Part shown: positions 43,573 through 51,753 of the stretch, piece after piece | Layout: every line of letters starts with the position of its first letter | Numbering within the stretch: position 1 is the stretch's first letter | Source of the DNA: an uncultured bacterium | Lineage (GTDB): Bacteria; Verrucomicrobiota; Kiritimatiellia; RFP12; UBA1067 | Direction: 5' to 3' | NCBI GenBank assembly: GCA_902802945.1 | Contig: CADCOC010000003.1 | Coordinates: forward strand, 1,089 to 65,088 | Length of the DNA: 64,000 bases | Notes under the pieces: generated by a model | Database searches by the model: none | What the model was told of the DNA's origin: nothing | The model's input: only the letters and a program-made list of their open reading frames with translations | Position numbers and translations under genes: made by a program

Positions 43573-45654
43573 ATGAACGCCTACCGCAAGTACCGGGTGC
43601 TGATTGTCGCCGCAGCCTGCGTGGCGGCGGTGGCCGCGTATTTCGTCTCCAGCGAGGTGGAGACGCGGCTTATGCGCGCGCGCGTGGAGGCGCTGATGGG
43701 TCCGGCCGTGCACGACATGCGTGAGGAGATGCTCGCGGGGGCGGACCCGATTCTCTACTACCTCGCCAACTGCATCCAGCGCGAACTGCCGACCGTCGCG
43801 TCGGCCGCGGCCAGCCCCCAGAAGGTTTCGGCCCTGATGCGCACGTACGCGCTCGACGAGGTCAACTTCGCCGACAGCAACGGCGTCATCCGCGCGACCA
43901 CACATGCCAGCCAGAAGAACTACTGGATGGGGACGGATCCCGACCCCGCAAAGGCCGCGGGCTTCCTCTGCCTTCTCACCAACCACCTCTGGTACACCCA
44001 GCCGCCGCGCCGTTCCGTGCGCGCAGACGGCGCCTACCGCAAGTTCGCCGGCGTGCGTCTGCCGGACGGCTATCTCCAGCTCGGCTTCGACTTCGAGCGC
44101 CTTTCGCGGGAGCTGAAGGAGCGCTTCGCCGACACTGCGGTGGACTGGCATGTCGGGGATGGCGGCTACTACGTGATCGCCGACGCCAAGACGGGCGAGG
44201 TGATATCCGACGGCAACCCGAAAATACGCTTCCGCCCGGGCCTTGAACGGAAGCCGATCATGGTCGCCGACCTCGGCTTCGAGCCGTGGATGCTCAAGAA
44301 GGGTGAAGGCGAGTCGTTTAGGGCTAAGATCGCGGGCGAGGATGCGGTCTGCCGGGTCGTCCCCCTGCCGGAGAGCGGACACGTCTTCTTCGTGGTCGTG
44401 CCCATGCGTGACATCCTGCACGCGAGGAACGTCTCCGTGGGGACCATGATGTTCATCCTGCTCGTCCTGATCGCGGCCGCCGCGTCCGTGGGCCTGCGCG
44501 CCGTCGCGTTGCGCGAACGCGCCGAGGAGGCGCGTCTCGCGGAGGAGGCCCGGCGACAGAAGGAGCTGATGCTCGCCACGTCCATCCAGAGCGCCGCGCT
44601 ACCAAGCGTGTTCCCGCCGTTCCCGCCGATCGCCGACTGTCTTGACATCTACGCGAGGATGCACGCCGCGAAGGAGGTGGGCGGCGACTTCTACGACTTC
44701 TACTACGTTGGCGAACGCCATTTGGCCATGATGGTGGCCGACGTCTCCGGGAAGGGCGTTCCGGGCGCCATGTTCATGATGCGGGCGAAGACAACGCTCA
44801 TCGACCTCCTGTCGCGCGGTGGCGACCTGGGCACGGCCGTCGCCGACGTGAACTCCCGCCTCGCGGAGGGCAACGACGCGAACATGTTCGTGACAGCGTG
44901 GATCGGCGTGATCGACCTCGAGACGGGCGTGGTGGAGTACGTTAACTGCGGACACAACCCGCCGATCATTCGGCGCGCGGACGGCGGCCTTGAATGGGTG
45001 CGCGACACCTCGGGGCTTGCGCTCGCCGCGCTCGACGGCATGGCCTACGAGCCGCACACGCTCCTTCTCCGTCCGGGCGACGGACTGTTCCTCTACACGG
45101 ACGGCGTGGTTGAGGCGCAATCGCGCGGCGAGCTGTTCGGGGAGGAACGCCTCGCCGCCGCGCTTGCGACCGACATCGCGGACGCCAAGGCCGCCTGCCA
45201 CGTGGTGGAGATGGCCGTCAACGCGTTCGCGGCGGGCGAGCCGCAGGCGGACGACATCACGATGCTCGCGATCGGCTTCAACGGCGCCCGACGCACGTTC
45301 GCCGCCACCACGGAGGGCCTCGCCGCCGCCGCCGCCTACGTGAGGGGCTTCTGCGACGACCACAGGGCTGCGATAGTGATCGACGAGATCGCCTCCAACA
45401 TCGTGCGCTGCTCCGGGGCGACGACCTTCGACCTGACGTACCGCCGCGCGGAGACAGGCTACGCGCTCGTGTTCTCGGACGAAGGCACGCCGTTCAACCC
45501 GCTCACGCAGCCCAGTCCGGACGTGACGGCCTCGGCCGAGGAACGCCAGATCGGCGGTCTCGGCATATTCATGGTCAAGCAGATGGCGGAGTTCGTCAAC
45601 TACGAGCGGCGCGACGGACGCAATGTCCTGACGGTCTGCATGAGGAGGCGCTGA
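43573..45654 (+). CDS. membrane sensor: TM - Cache-like periplasmic domain - TM - PP2C/SpoIIE phosphatase - RsbW/SpoIIAB-type GHKL serine kinase fusion
   Basis: TM1 VLIVAAACVAAVAAYFV. The ~250-aa periplasmic segment has Cache-like patterns (VNFADSNGVIRATT; GGYYVIADAKTGEVIS; HVFFVVVPMRDI). TM2 GTMMFILLVLIAAAASVGL. PP2C motifs: EVGGDFYDF, MVADVSGKGVPGAMFM, CGHNPP, LFLYTDGV, DDITMLAI. The C-terminus IDEIASNIVRCS...GGLGIFMVKQMA...NVLTV is typical of anti-sigma kinases. Confidence 0.8.
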   Translation: MNAYRKYRVLIVAAACVAAVAAYFVSSEVETRLMRARVEALMGPAVHDMREEMLAGADPILYYLANCIQRELPTVASAAASPQKVSALMRTYALDEVNFADSNGVIRATTHASQKNYWMGTDPDPAKAAGFLCLLTNHLWYTQPPRRSVRADGAYRKFAGVRLPDGYLQLGFDFERLSRELKERFADTAVDWHVGDGGYYVIADAKTGEVISDGNPKIRFRPGLERKPIMVADLGFEPWMLKKGEGESFRAKIAGEDAVCRVVPLPESGHVFFVVVPMRDILHARNVSVGTMMFILLVLIAAAASVGLRAVALRERAEEARLAEEARRQKELMLATSIQSAALPSVFPPFPPIADCLDIYARMHAAKEVGGDFYDFYYVGERHLAMMVADVSGKGVPGAMFMMRAKTTLIDLLSRGGDLGTAVADVNSRLAEGNDANMFVTAWIGVIDLETGVVEYVNCGHNPPIIRRADGGLEWVRDTSGLALAALDGMAYEPHTLLLRPGDGLFLYTDGVVEAQSRGELFGEERLAAALATDIADAKAACHVVEMAVNAFAAGEPQADDITMLAIGFNGARRTFAATTEGLAAAAAYVRGFCDDHRAAIVIDEIASNIVRCSGATTFDLTYRRAETGYALVFSDEGTPFNPLTQPSPDVTASAEERQIGGLGIFMVKQMAEFVNYERRDGRNVLTVCMRRR

Positions 45655-45655
45655 A

Positions 45656-46774
45656 GTGGCGGACGAGGGCGGCGAGAAAACCGAGATGCCCACCGCGAAG
45701 AAGCTTCGCGACGCACGTCAGAAGGGGCAGGTTTGCACGTCCAAGGACGTCGTATCCACTGCGCTGCTCGTCGTGCTGATGTACCTCACCGCCATGCTGG
45801 CCGCGATGCTCATGGACGACATTGAACAGCTCATCACGTTCATCGGCCGTGCCTTGTCGTCGCAGAACGTGGACGGCGCGGTGCGGCAGGCGGGGGTGAA
45901 CGCGGTCACTGTTATCTGCAAGCACTCGTTCATCTTCGTGTGCGTCGCCGCCGTGGTGGGCGTGGTCGCAAACCTGTGTCAGGTCGGCTTTCTCTTCACG
46001 TTTGAGCCGCTGAAACCCTCGCTCAACAAGCTGAACCCTGTCGAGGGCTTCAAGCGCATCTTCTCGATGAAGAACTTGTTTGAGTTCCTCAAGAACTGCG
46101 TGAAGGTGACGTTCCTCGGATACCTCATCTGGAAGCTCATCGTTGCGTCCTATCCCGAGCTTCTCACGCTCTGCTACGGCACGATCGACGACATCATGCC
46201 CTGCCTTGCCGTGATCATGAAGCGCCTCGCGGGCTACACAGCCTTCGGCTACATCGTGATTGCCGTCGTGGACCGCCTCTTCCAGCAGAAGAACTTCACG
46301 AAGCAGATGATGATGACGAAGGACGAGGTGAAGCGCGAGTATAAGGAGATGGAAGGCTCCGCGGAAGTCAAGCAGGCGCAGCGCCAGTTCCGAGACGAGA
46401 TTCTCAACGGCCCTGACCCCGTGAAGGCCACGAAGAATTCGTCCGTGGTCATCACCAACCCGACGCACATCGCCGTGGCCATCTCGTACAAGCCGGAGGA
46501 GGCGCCGCTCCCCAAGATCGCGGTCATGGGTGCGGACAAGGTGGCGGCGATAATCCGCCGCACTGCAATGGACGAGGGCATCCCGATTACAGAGAACGTG
46601 CCGCTCGCCCGCCGCCTCTACGCCGAGGCGAAGGTGGAGGAGTTTGTCCCCCTGGCGCTAGTCGAACCCGTAGCACAGGTGTTGAAATGGGTGAAGTCCC
46701 TCAACGACGCCAAGAAGGAAGAGGCCGCGCTAGATTCCGTCCAGATCGAAGACCTCGGCGCGCCTGAGACGTGA
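45656..46774 (+). CDS. sctU: type III secretion export-apparatus switch protein SctU (YscU/SpaS/FlhB family)
   Basis: GTG 45656 lies 1 nt after the upstream stop, with RBS GAGGAGG. GEKTEMPTAKKLRDARQKGQV, KLNPVEGFKRIFSMKNLFEFLKN, MTKDEVKREYKEMEGSAEVK and the autocleavage site VVITNPTHIAVAISY are all collinear with YscU. Confidence 0.9.
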   Translation: MADEGGEKTEMPTAKKLRDARQKGQVCTSKDVVSTALLVVLMYLTAMLAAMLMDDIEQLITFIGRALSSQNVDGAVRQAGVNAVTVICKHSFIFVCVAAVVGVVANLCQVGFLFTFEPLKPSLNKLNPVEGFKRIFSMKNLFEFLKNCVKVTFLGYLIWKLIVASYPELLTLCYGTIDDIMPCLAVIMKRLAGYTAFGYIVIAVVDRLFQQKNFTKQMMMTKDEVKREYKEMEGSAEVKQAQRQFRDEILNGPDPVKATKNSSVVITNPTHIAVAISYKPEEAPLPKIAVMGADKVAAIIRRTAMDEGIPITENVPLARRLYAEAKVEEFVPLALVEPVAQVLKWVKSLNDAKKEEAALDSVQIEDLGAPET

Positions 46775-46814
46775 TTGTTCAAAAATCTCAAATGAGGTAT
46801 AGCATCTTGGTTAG

Positions 46815-47366
46815 AAGTCTCACGCAGAGGCGCAGAGAGGCTGAGAGCGCAGAGAAAAATCTTCTTGCTTTCGCTACTGGGAGTTTTGGAGGCTCGGAGG
46901 ATTTTTATAATTTCCTCCCAATCTCCCAGTCTCCCAATAGCGAAAGCAAGAAAGTTAACCTTAATTCCTCAGTTCGATTTTCCACTCCACGTTATATCTC
47001 ACGCAGAGGCGCAGAGAGGCAGAGAGCGCAGAGAAAAATCTTCTTGCTTTCGCTACTGGGGGTTTTGGAGGCTCGGAGGATTTTTATAATTTCCTCCCAA
47101 TCTCCCAATAGCGAAAGCAAGAAAGTTAACCTAAATTCCTCATTTCGATTTACCACTCCACGTTATATCTCACGCAGAGGCGCAGAGAGGCTGAGAGCGC
47201 AGAGAAAAATCTTCTTGCTTTCGCTACTGGGAGTTTCGGAGGCTCGGATGATTTTATAATTTCCTCCCAATCTCCTAATCTCCCAATAGCGAAAGCAAGA
47301 AACTTAAGCAACAGGCTATTTGGAAGAATCTCTGCGCTCTCCGCCTCTCTGCATCTCTGCGTGAAA
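46815..47366. repeat. three tandem copies (~171-179 bp) of the palindromic repeat unit plus a closing inverted arm, in a convergent intergenic region
   Basis: cacgcagaggcgcagagagg starts at 46821, 47000 and 47171. Each unit contains the hairpin cttgctttcgctactggg...cccaatagcgaaagcaag. The closing arm at 47323-47364 (gaagaatctctgcgctctccgcctctctgcatctctgcgtga) is complementary to the unit starts. The same unit occurs at 23820-23980. Confidence 0.9.
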
Positions 47367-48212
47367 TTACCCTACTACAGCAAAATGCCGTAGGGCTTCG
47401 GCCACGCCGTCTTCGTCATTGGAAAGCGTCACATAGTTGGCGGCAGCCAGCACCTCCGGAGCGGCGTTCGCCATTGCCACGCCGATACCGGCCATGCGTA
47501 CCATTGAGAGGTCGTTGAGACCGTCGCCGAACGCCATGCAGTTGTCGAGCGTCCAGCCGAAATGCGCGGCGAAACGCTCAAGGGCGCGTCCCTTGTGGGC
47601 GGAGGCAGCGTTAAACTCAAGGTTGTTGAAAGTGGAGGATGAAACGGCTAGGCCGTCGAAATGCGTCTTGACGTCGGCCGCGATCGCGTCGCGCACCGCC
47701 GGATCGCGCGCGAAGAGCATGATCTTCTGCACATCGCGCCCCTGTCCTGCAAGGTATTTCTTCAAGTCGGGATAGGGCTTGCGGAACTCGCGGATCATCT
47801 TTGTGTAGTGCGGACACTGTGCGTATTCCTCAGCCTTCTCCTGCATCGCCTGCGTCATGCGGCCCCAGTTGTCCTGGTAGCAGTCGTAGATCACGTCGAA
47901 ACCGTCGAGGTAACGCATAATCGCGAGCGCCTTTTCGAGAGGAAGCTCCTCGCGCACGATGGCCGTATCCGTCTCGCGGTCATACACCTGCGCGCCGTTG
48001 ACGGTGATTGCGTAGCGCACGAAGGGGAGGTCGCGCACGGCGGGCGGCATCATGCCGAAGAAGCGTCCCGTGGTGGGCACTACGAGGATACCCTTTGCCG
48101 CAGCAGCGGCGAGGGAATTTCGGTTGACCTCCGACAGCCGCTTCTCCGAGTCGAGCAGCGTACCGTCAAGATCCAAAGCGAGTATACGTATCTGACGCGT
48201 TTCCTTTTGCAT
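47367..48212 (-). CDS. HAD-superfamily Cof-type (IIB) phosphatase
   Basis: Motif I LALDLDGTLL, motif II VVPTTGR and motif IV AFGDGLNDLSM, with Cof-like length (281 aa). Confidence 0.8.
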   Translation of the reverse strand: MQKETRQIRILALDLDGTLLDSEKRLSEVNRNSLAAAAAKGILVVPTTGRFFGMMPPAVRDLPFVRYAITVNGAQVYDRETDTAIVREELPLEKALAIMRYLDGFDVIYDCYQDNWGRMTQAMQEKAEEYAQCPHYTKMIREFRKPYPDLKKYLAGQGRDVQKIMLFARDPAVRDAIAADVKTHFDGLAVSSSTFNNLEFNAASAHKGRALERFAAHFGWTLDNCMAFGDGLNDLSMVRMAGIGVAMANAAPEVLAAANYVTLSNDEDGVAEALRHFAVVG

Positions 48213-48250
48213 GGCTTCCTTGTCTACAACTTCCTTTTGACTACACTTAT

Positions 48251-48349
48251 TTGCTTTCGCTGCTGGGAGTTTTGGAGTTTAGGAGGCTTGGAGGATTTTT
48301 AGTCTTCTCCAAAACTCCGAATCTCCAAATCTCCAAGTAGCGAAAGCAA
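48251..48349. repeat. hairpin repeat of the TTGCTTTCGCT...AGCGAAAGCAA family
   Basis: ttgctttcgctgctgggagttttggag...ctccaaaactccgaatctccaaatctccaagtagcgaaagcaa. The termini match the hairpins at 23889-23975 and inside 46815-47366. Confidence 0.8.
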
Positions 48350-48527
48350 TTATCAGAGTTATCCTCATTTACATTCCCGTGCGAAGCGTGAGTTACGGGC
48401 TTTTAATGGCTTCCTCCTAAATAGTTTTCTGTTGCATGGGTGCTATTCTACCATATCCTCCTTCCGCCACGCAAGCATTAGCTAGCAGTTTTCGCGGGAG
48501 AGCAGGAGGTAAAGCATGTGATGACGC

Positions 48528-48666
48528 TAGACGTGAGACGAGAGACGTGAGACGTGGGACGTGAGACGCGAGACTAGCAGCCGTTAGACGACAAGGCGAT
48601 GCGGCTTCGCCAATGTCTCATCGTCTCACGTCCCATCGCGTCTCTCGTCTATCGTCTCACGTCCGC
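48528..48666. repeat. imperfect long hairpin built from GAGACG/GTGAGACG words (arms about 48528-48574 and 48613-48666)
   Basis: The left arm agacgtgagacgagagacgtgagacgtgggacgtgagacgcgagac is complementary to gtctcatcgtctcacgtcccatcgcgtctctcgtctatcgtctcacgtc. The loop contains ggcgatgcggcttcgccaat. Confidence 0.8.
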
Positions 48667-48667
48667 C

Positions 48668-48811
48668 CACGTTCCGCACCATAATCGCACGCCCGTTCCC
48701 ACTCACGTTCCGCACCGTAATCGCACGCCCGTTCCCACCACGTTCCGCACCGTAATCGCACGCCCGTTCCCACTCACGTTCCGCACCGTAATCGCACGCC
48801 CGTTCCCGCCT
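48668..48811 (+). repeat. four direct tandem copies of a 35-36 bp unit (cacgttccgcaccgtaatcgcacgcccgttccca[ct])
   Basis: Copies start at 48668, 48704, 48739 and 48775, and the last copy is degenerate. No spacers separate the copies. A diverged single copy (cactccgcaccgtaatcttacgcctcacgctcc) lies at 49842-49874. Confidence 0.85.
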
Positions 48812-48848
48812 ACGCTCCGCGCAGGAATGAACATGAGGATAACTTTTA

Positions 48849-48938
48849 TTGCTTTCGCTGCTGGGAGATTAGGAGTTTCGGAGGAGATTATAAAAATCCT
48901 CCAAGCCTCCTAAACTCCAAAACTCCCAACAGCGAAAA
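48849..48938. repeat. hairpin repeat of the TTGCTTTCGCT family (diverged right arm)
   Basis: ttgctttcgctgctgggagattaggagtttcggagg...cctcctaaactccaaaactcccaacagcgaaaa. Confidence 0.7.
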
Positions 48939-48941
48939 TGA

Positions 48942-49304
48942 ATGTTTATCGGTAGAGAGCGAGATTTGAAGGATCTTGAGGCACTGTGGGGACGCGACCA
49001 CGGTGTCTTGGTGACGTGTCGAGGACGCCGCCGCATCGGGAAGTCCACGTTAATCGAGGAATTTGCGTCCAGAAGCGCAGATACATTCATTCGCATCGAA
49101 GGATTGCCACCGCGAAAGGGCATGACCGACGCTGCACAGCGTCGCCGGTTCTGCGAGAAGGTCGCCGAATATGCCAGTCGCGATATGGTTCCTGCTTCTA
49201 CATGGGCGCTGGCTTTTTCCCAGCTGGACGAACTTCTGTCATCCGGTCACAGGACGGTGGTGCTTCTTGACGAGATATCCTGGATGGGCGGAAGTGTCCA
49301 TTGA
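48942..49304 (+). pseudogene. N-terminal fragment of an AAA-type ATPase (archaeal-ATPase/DUF234-like family), truncated after Walker B
   Basis: MFIGRERDLKDLEALW...VTCRGRRRIGKSTLIEEF (Walker A) ...TVVLLDEISWMG (Walker B), followed by a stop after 120 aa. Family members I recall are several-fold longer. Confidence 0.5.
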
Positions 49305-49475
49305 ACGTGCGCGTCCCGACGACGTGAAGCGCAAGATCCACCAAGGTTGGTCCAAGCGCAAGAGAAGCGGCCGCTTCACCCAACATTCTTGCTTCCTACG
49401 ACATCTCCATCCGCCACGGCGGCAAGAAGTGGCAGCCCGACGCTGCGCATCGGACTGGAGCGGCTCGACTTCCTT

Positions 49476-49820
49476 ATGGCGCGGCAGTACGCGCAGAAGG
49501 TGTTGCAGACCGATCCCGACTATACTCCGGCGAACTTTGCGATGGGCATGAGCTACCTCAAGGAGGAGCAGTACAACAAGGCCGCCTCCTACTTACGTCG
49601 ATGCGTGGAGAAGGAGCCGAACGACGTGTCCGCCTGGAACAATCTCGCTGTGGTTTACCAACGCCAAGGCTCGCTTGACGAGGCGCTTGCGGCGGCGGAA
49701 CGCGCCCTTGAGGCGGCTAAGTCGCTCAAGACTCCACAGGTGCGGGAACGCGCCCTCAAAGACGTGGGCCGCACGCATCGCTACATTCTGAGTCTCATGC
49801 AGAACAGGGAAAAGCGCTGA
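49476..49820 (+). CDS. short TPR-repeat protein (possibly a C-terminal gene remnant)
   Basis: TPR consensus is visible (ANFAMGMSYLKEEQYNKAASYLRRCVEKEPNDVSAWNNLAVVYQRQGSLDEALAAAERALE). The upstream part of the ORF (49347-49475, TTG start) is low-complexity and shares a frame with the ATPase fragment. Confidence 0.45.
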   Translation: MARQYAQKVLQTDPDYTPANFAMGMSYLKEEQYNKAASYLRRCVEKEPNDVSAWNNLAVVYQRQGSLDEALAAAERALEAAKSLKTPQVRERALKDVGRTHRYILSLMQNREKR

Positions 49821-49942
49821 AAGCGCCAAACGGGCTTTCTTCACTCCGCACCGTAATCTTACGCCTCACGCTCCTATTTCACATATCGCAATAACTGACG
49901 TACCGTGCACGTAACCGCCGCTGGCGGAGTGGGCGTGTGCGC

Positions 49943-50013
49943 GCGGACGTGAGACGATAGACGAGAGACGAGCTAAGACGTGAGACGATGAGACATTGGC
50001 GAAGCCGCATTGC
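49943..50013. repeat. right inverted copy of the GAGACG-word element (pairs with 48596-48666)
   Basis: gcggacgtgagacgatagacgagagacg...gacgtgagacgatgagacattggcgaagccgcattgc is the near-exact reverse complement of 48596-48666. The two differ mainly in a central ~8 nt. Confidence 0.85.
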
Positions 50014-50238
50014 CTTATTATGATTGTTTTTGCTACTGCGTAATTTAGTCCGTTGACGGTGGTCGCACGTATGTGTTATACTATTCGCACTTAAGGAAAC
50101 ACTGTCATGAGCATAACCTTGTTAGCACCACCTGCCGTCGTGCAGGATGTACGTCTCAATGCACTTTAAACAGAAAAACGTCAGTCTCACGATCGACGAC
50201 GGCATGTGCGAGTGGATCGGCGTGCAACAGGAGGCATC

Positions 50239-51099
50239 ATGTTCGACATAACAAAAAAGAAGGCGTTTGTCTGCGACCTTGACGGGACGCTGTTCATGGG
50301 GCCGAACCCCATCAAGCCGGCCGTTGACTTCGTCATCGAAAGCACGAACAGCGGGCGATTCAGGTTCTTCTACCTCACAAACAACACCTCGAAGTGTCCC
50401 GACGAGTACATGAAGAAGATTTCCGGCGCGGCGATCCCCGTGACGGAGGACCAGATTCTGACGCCCCTCATCACGTTGGAGGCGTACATCCGTGAGAAGG
50501 GGTACAGGTCGGTCTATCTTATCGCGAGCGAGAGGGTCAGGGCGCACATGGCCGGACGCCTCGCGGACGCAGGCGTTTCGCTTGAATACGATCCCGAGGC
50601 GAACGAGCTGATCGCGCTCACGTACGACAAGGAGCTCACGTACGACAAGCTCGCCAAGGCGACGGGCCTCTGGAACATGCGGAACTGGCCGCCAAGCCCG
50701 ATGTGCCCGGTTCGCACGGAGAACCAGACGCCCGTGGATTTCGTGGCGACGCACCCGGACAACTGCTGTCCGAGCGAGCACGGGCCCATACCCGACATCG
50801 GCGGCATGATGAAGTTCCTGGAGACCACCAACGGGATGAAGCCGAGCCATGTCTTCGGGAAACCTTCGCCCACGCTGCTCGCGCCGGTCCTGGCGCAGTA
50901 CGCGCCGGAGGAGATCGCCGTCGTCGGGGACAGGCTCTACACGGACAAGGCGATCGCGGACAACGCGGGCGTCGACTTCGTGTGCGTCCTTTCGGGCGAG
51001 ACGACGCCGGAAGACCTTGAAAACTACAGGGGGAAGCCGCCCGCAATCGTCGTGGAGACCTTCGACAAGGTCCAATACGCCAGAGACGCGCCAAGATGA
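50239..51099 (+). CDS. HAD-superfamily subfamily IIA hydrolase (NagD/PGP-like sugar phosphatase)
   Basis: RBS AGGAGG at 50229-50234, ATG 50239. Motif I VCDLDGTLF, YLTNNTS, and C-terminal VVGDRLYTDKAIADNAG. Confidence 0.75.
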   Translation: MFDITKKKAFVCDLDGTLFMGPNPIKPAVDFVIESTNSGRFRFFYLTNNTSKCPDEYMKKISGAAIPVTEDQILTPLITLEAYIREKGYRSVYLIASERVRAHMAGRLADAGVSLEYDPEANELIALTYDKELTYDKLAKATGLWNMRNWPPSPMCPVRTENQTPVDFVATHPDNCCPSEHGPIPDIGGMMKFLETTNGMKPSHVFGKPSPTLLAPVLAQYAPEEIAVVGDRLYTDKAIADNAGVDFVCVLSGETTPEDLENYRGKPPAIVVETFDKVQYARDAPR

Positions 51100-51102
51100 C
51101 AG

Positions 51103-51532
51103 CAAGGTGACGCCGCCGCCGACCGTTCGGCTGGTACGGTCTATTACAAGAGCGGAACGTTCGCGGACGGCTCCTCCGACCTGCGCGTCGTGACGCTCGA
51201 CGGCGAGGGCAACGAAACGGAAACGGTCCTGTTCCCCGGCGACAACGTGGTGTTCGACGATTCGGTGGCGGGTGCGAACGCCGTCGTGCATCGAGGATCA
51301 AGGAAAGCATCTCGTCCAGTTTGAGGGCGAACACCTGACAAAGGGCGATGCCGTCTCGGCCGAAGAGGCGCGGGTGTATGACCTCATCGCCGACGGCAAG
51401 GCTCCGGACCTCCCCGATAATTCAGTCGACAAGAACGGACTACCCGTTGTCAAGGTGCTTACCAACGAACTCGTCGACGAACTTGGTCCGAAGATTCTGA
51501 ATGAGTACTTCCGCACCTCGAGCCAATCATAA
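51103..51532 (+). pseudogene. startless, frameshifted remnant of a larger secreted/adhesin-like gene
   Basis: The frame beginning at 51103 reads ...GTVYYKSGTFADGSSDLRVVTLDGEGNETETVLFPGDNVVFDDSVAGANAVV with no start codon. Coding-like sequence continues in the +1 frame (IEDQGKHLVQFEGEHLTKGDAVSAEEARVYDLIADGKAPDLP... to the stop at 51532). Confidence 0.3.
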
Positions 51533-51604
51533 AGGTGAAAAACCGAGATGCACCCCGGCAACGACAAAAAGTCAGAGACCTATTGACACCGACACGCGGA
51601 TTGG

Positions 51605-51671
51605 CCTTAAGTTGCCTTAAGTTTCTTAAGTTTTTTCTGTGATTGCGCGGAGAGGGGGATTTTGGTATCAT
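51605..51671 (+). promoter_or_regulatory. three phased CCTTAAGTT repeats followed by a sigma70-like promoter candidate upstream of the guaA-like gene
   Basis: ccttaagtt / ccttaagtt / cttaagtt starting at about 51605, 51615 and 51625, a spacing of about one helical turn. These are followed by TTGCGC (51643-51648), a 17-nt spacer and TATCAT (51666-51671). Confidence 0.35.
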
Positions 51672-51753
51672 TTCGGCGTTGCGGCGCGTGGCGCGACCGG
51701 CGGGACGCGGGTTGCCTCAGTATGCCGTGATTTTCAAGGAAAAGGAAAAACAG

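Noticed and set aside
42473-46774. Interpreting sctT/sctU as flagellar fliR/flhB.
   Set aside because: The same operon contains an LcrH/SycD-type class II chaperone and a YopB-like translocator. Both sequences align by eye more closely to YscT/YscU. No flagellar genes are present in the window. A formal phylogeny is still needed.
48668-48811. Possible CRISPR array (regular ~36-bp repeats).
   Set aside because: The four copies are directly adjacent with no spacers, the repeat is not palindromic, and no cas genes are nearby. It is a plain tandem repeat. ORF 48599..48913 (NRTPVP/FRTVIARPFP repeats) is just its translation.
49305-49475. Read-through fusion of the ATPase fragment with the TPR ORF (same reading frame, single TGA at 49302-49304).
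   Set aside because: The linking ~57 codons are low-complexity and Arg/Pro-rich, with no family resemblance. The ATPase family is not known to me to carry a TPR tail. A deletion scar is more likely than programmed read-through.
51672-51753. Purine/guanine riboswitch in the guaA leader.
   Set aside because: The leader (ttcggcgttgcggcgcgtggcgcgaccggcgggacgcgggttgcc...) lacks the conserved purine-riboswitch loop and junction sequences that I can recall. No convincing three-way junction is visible.
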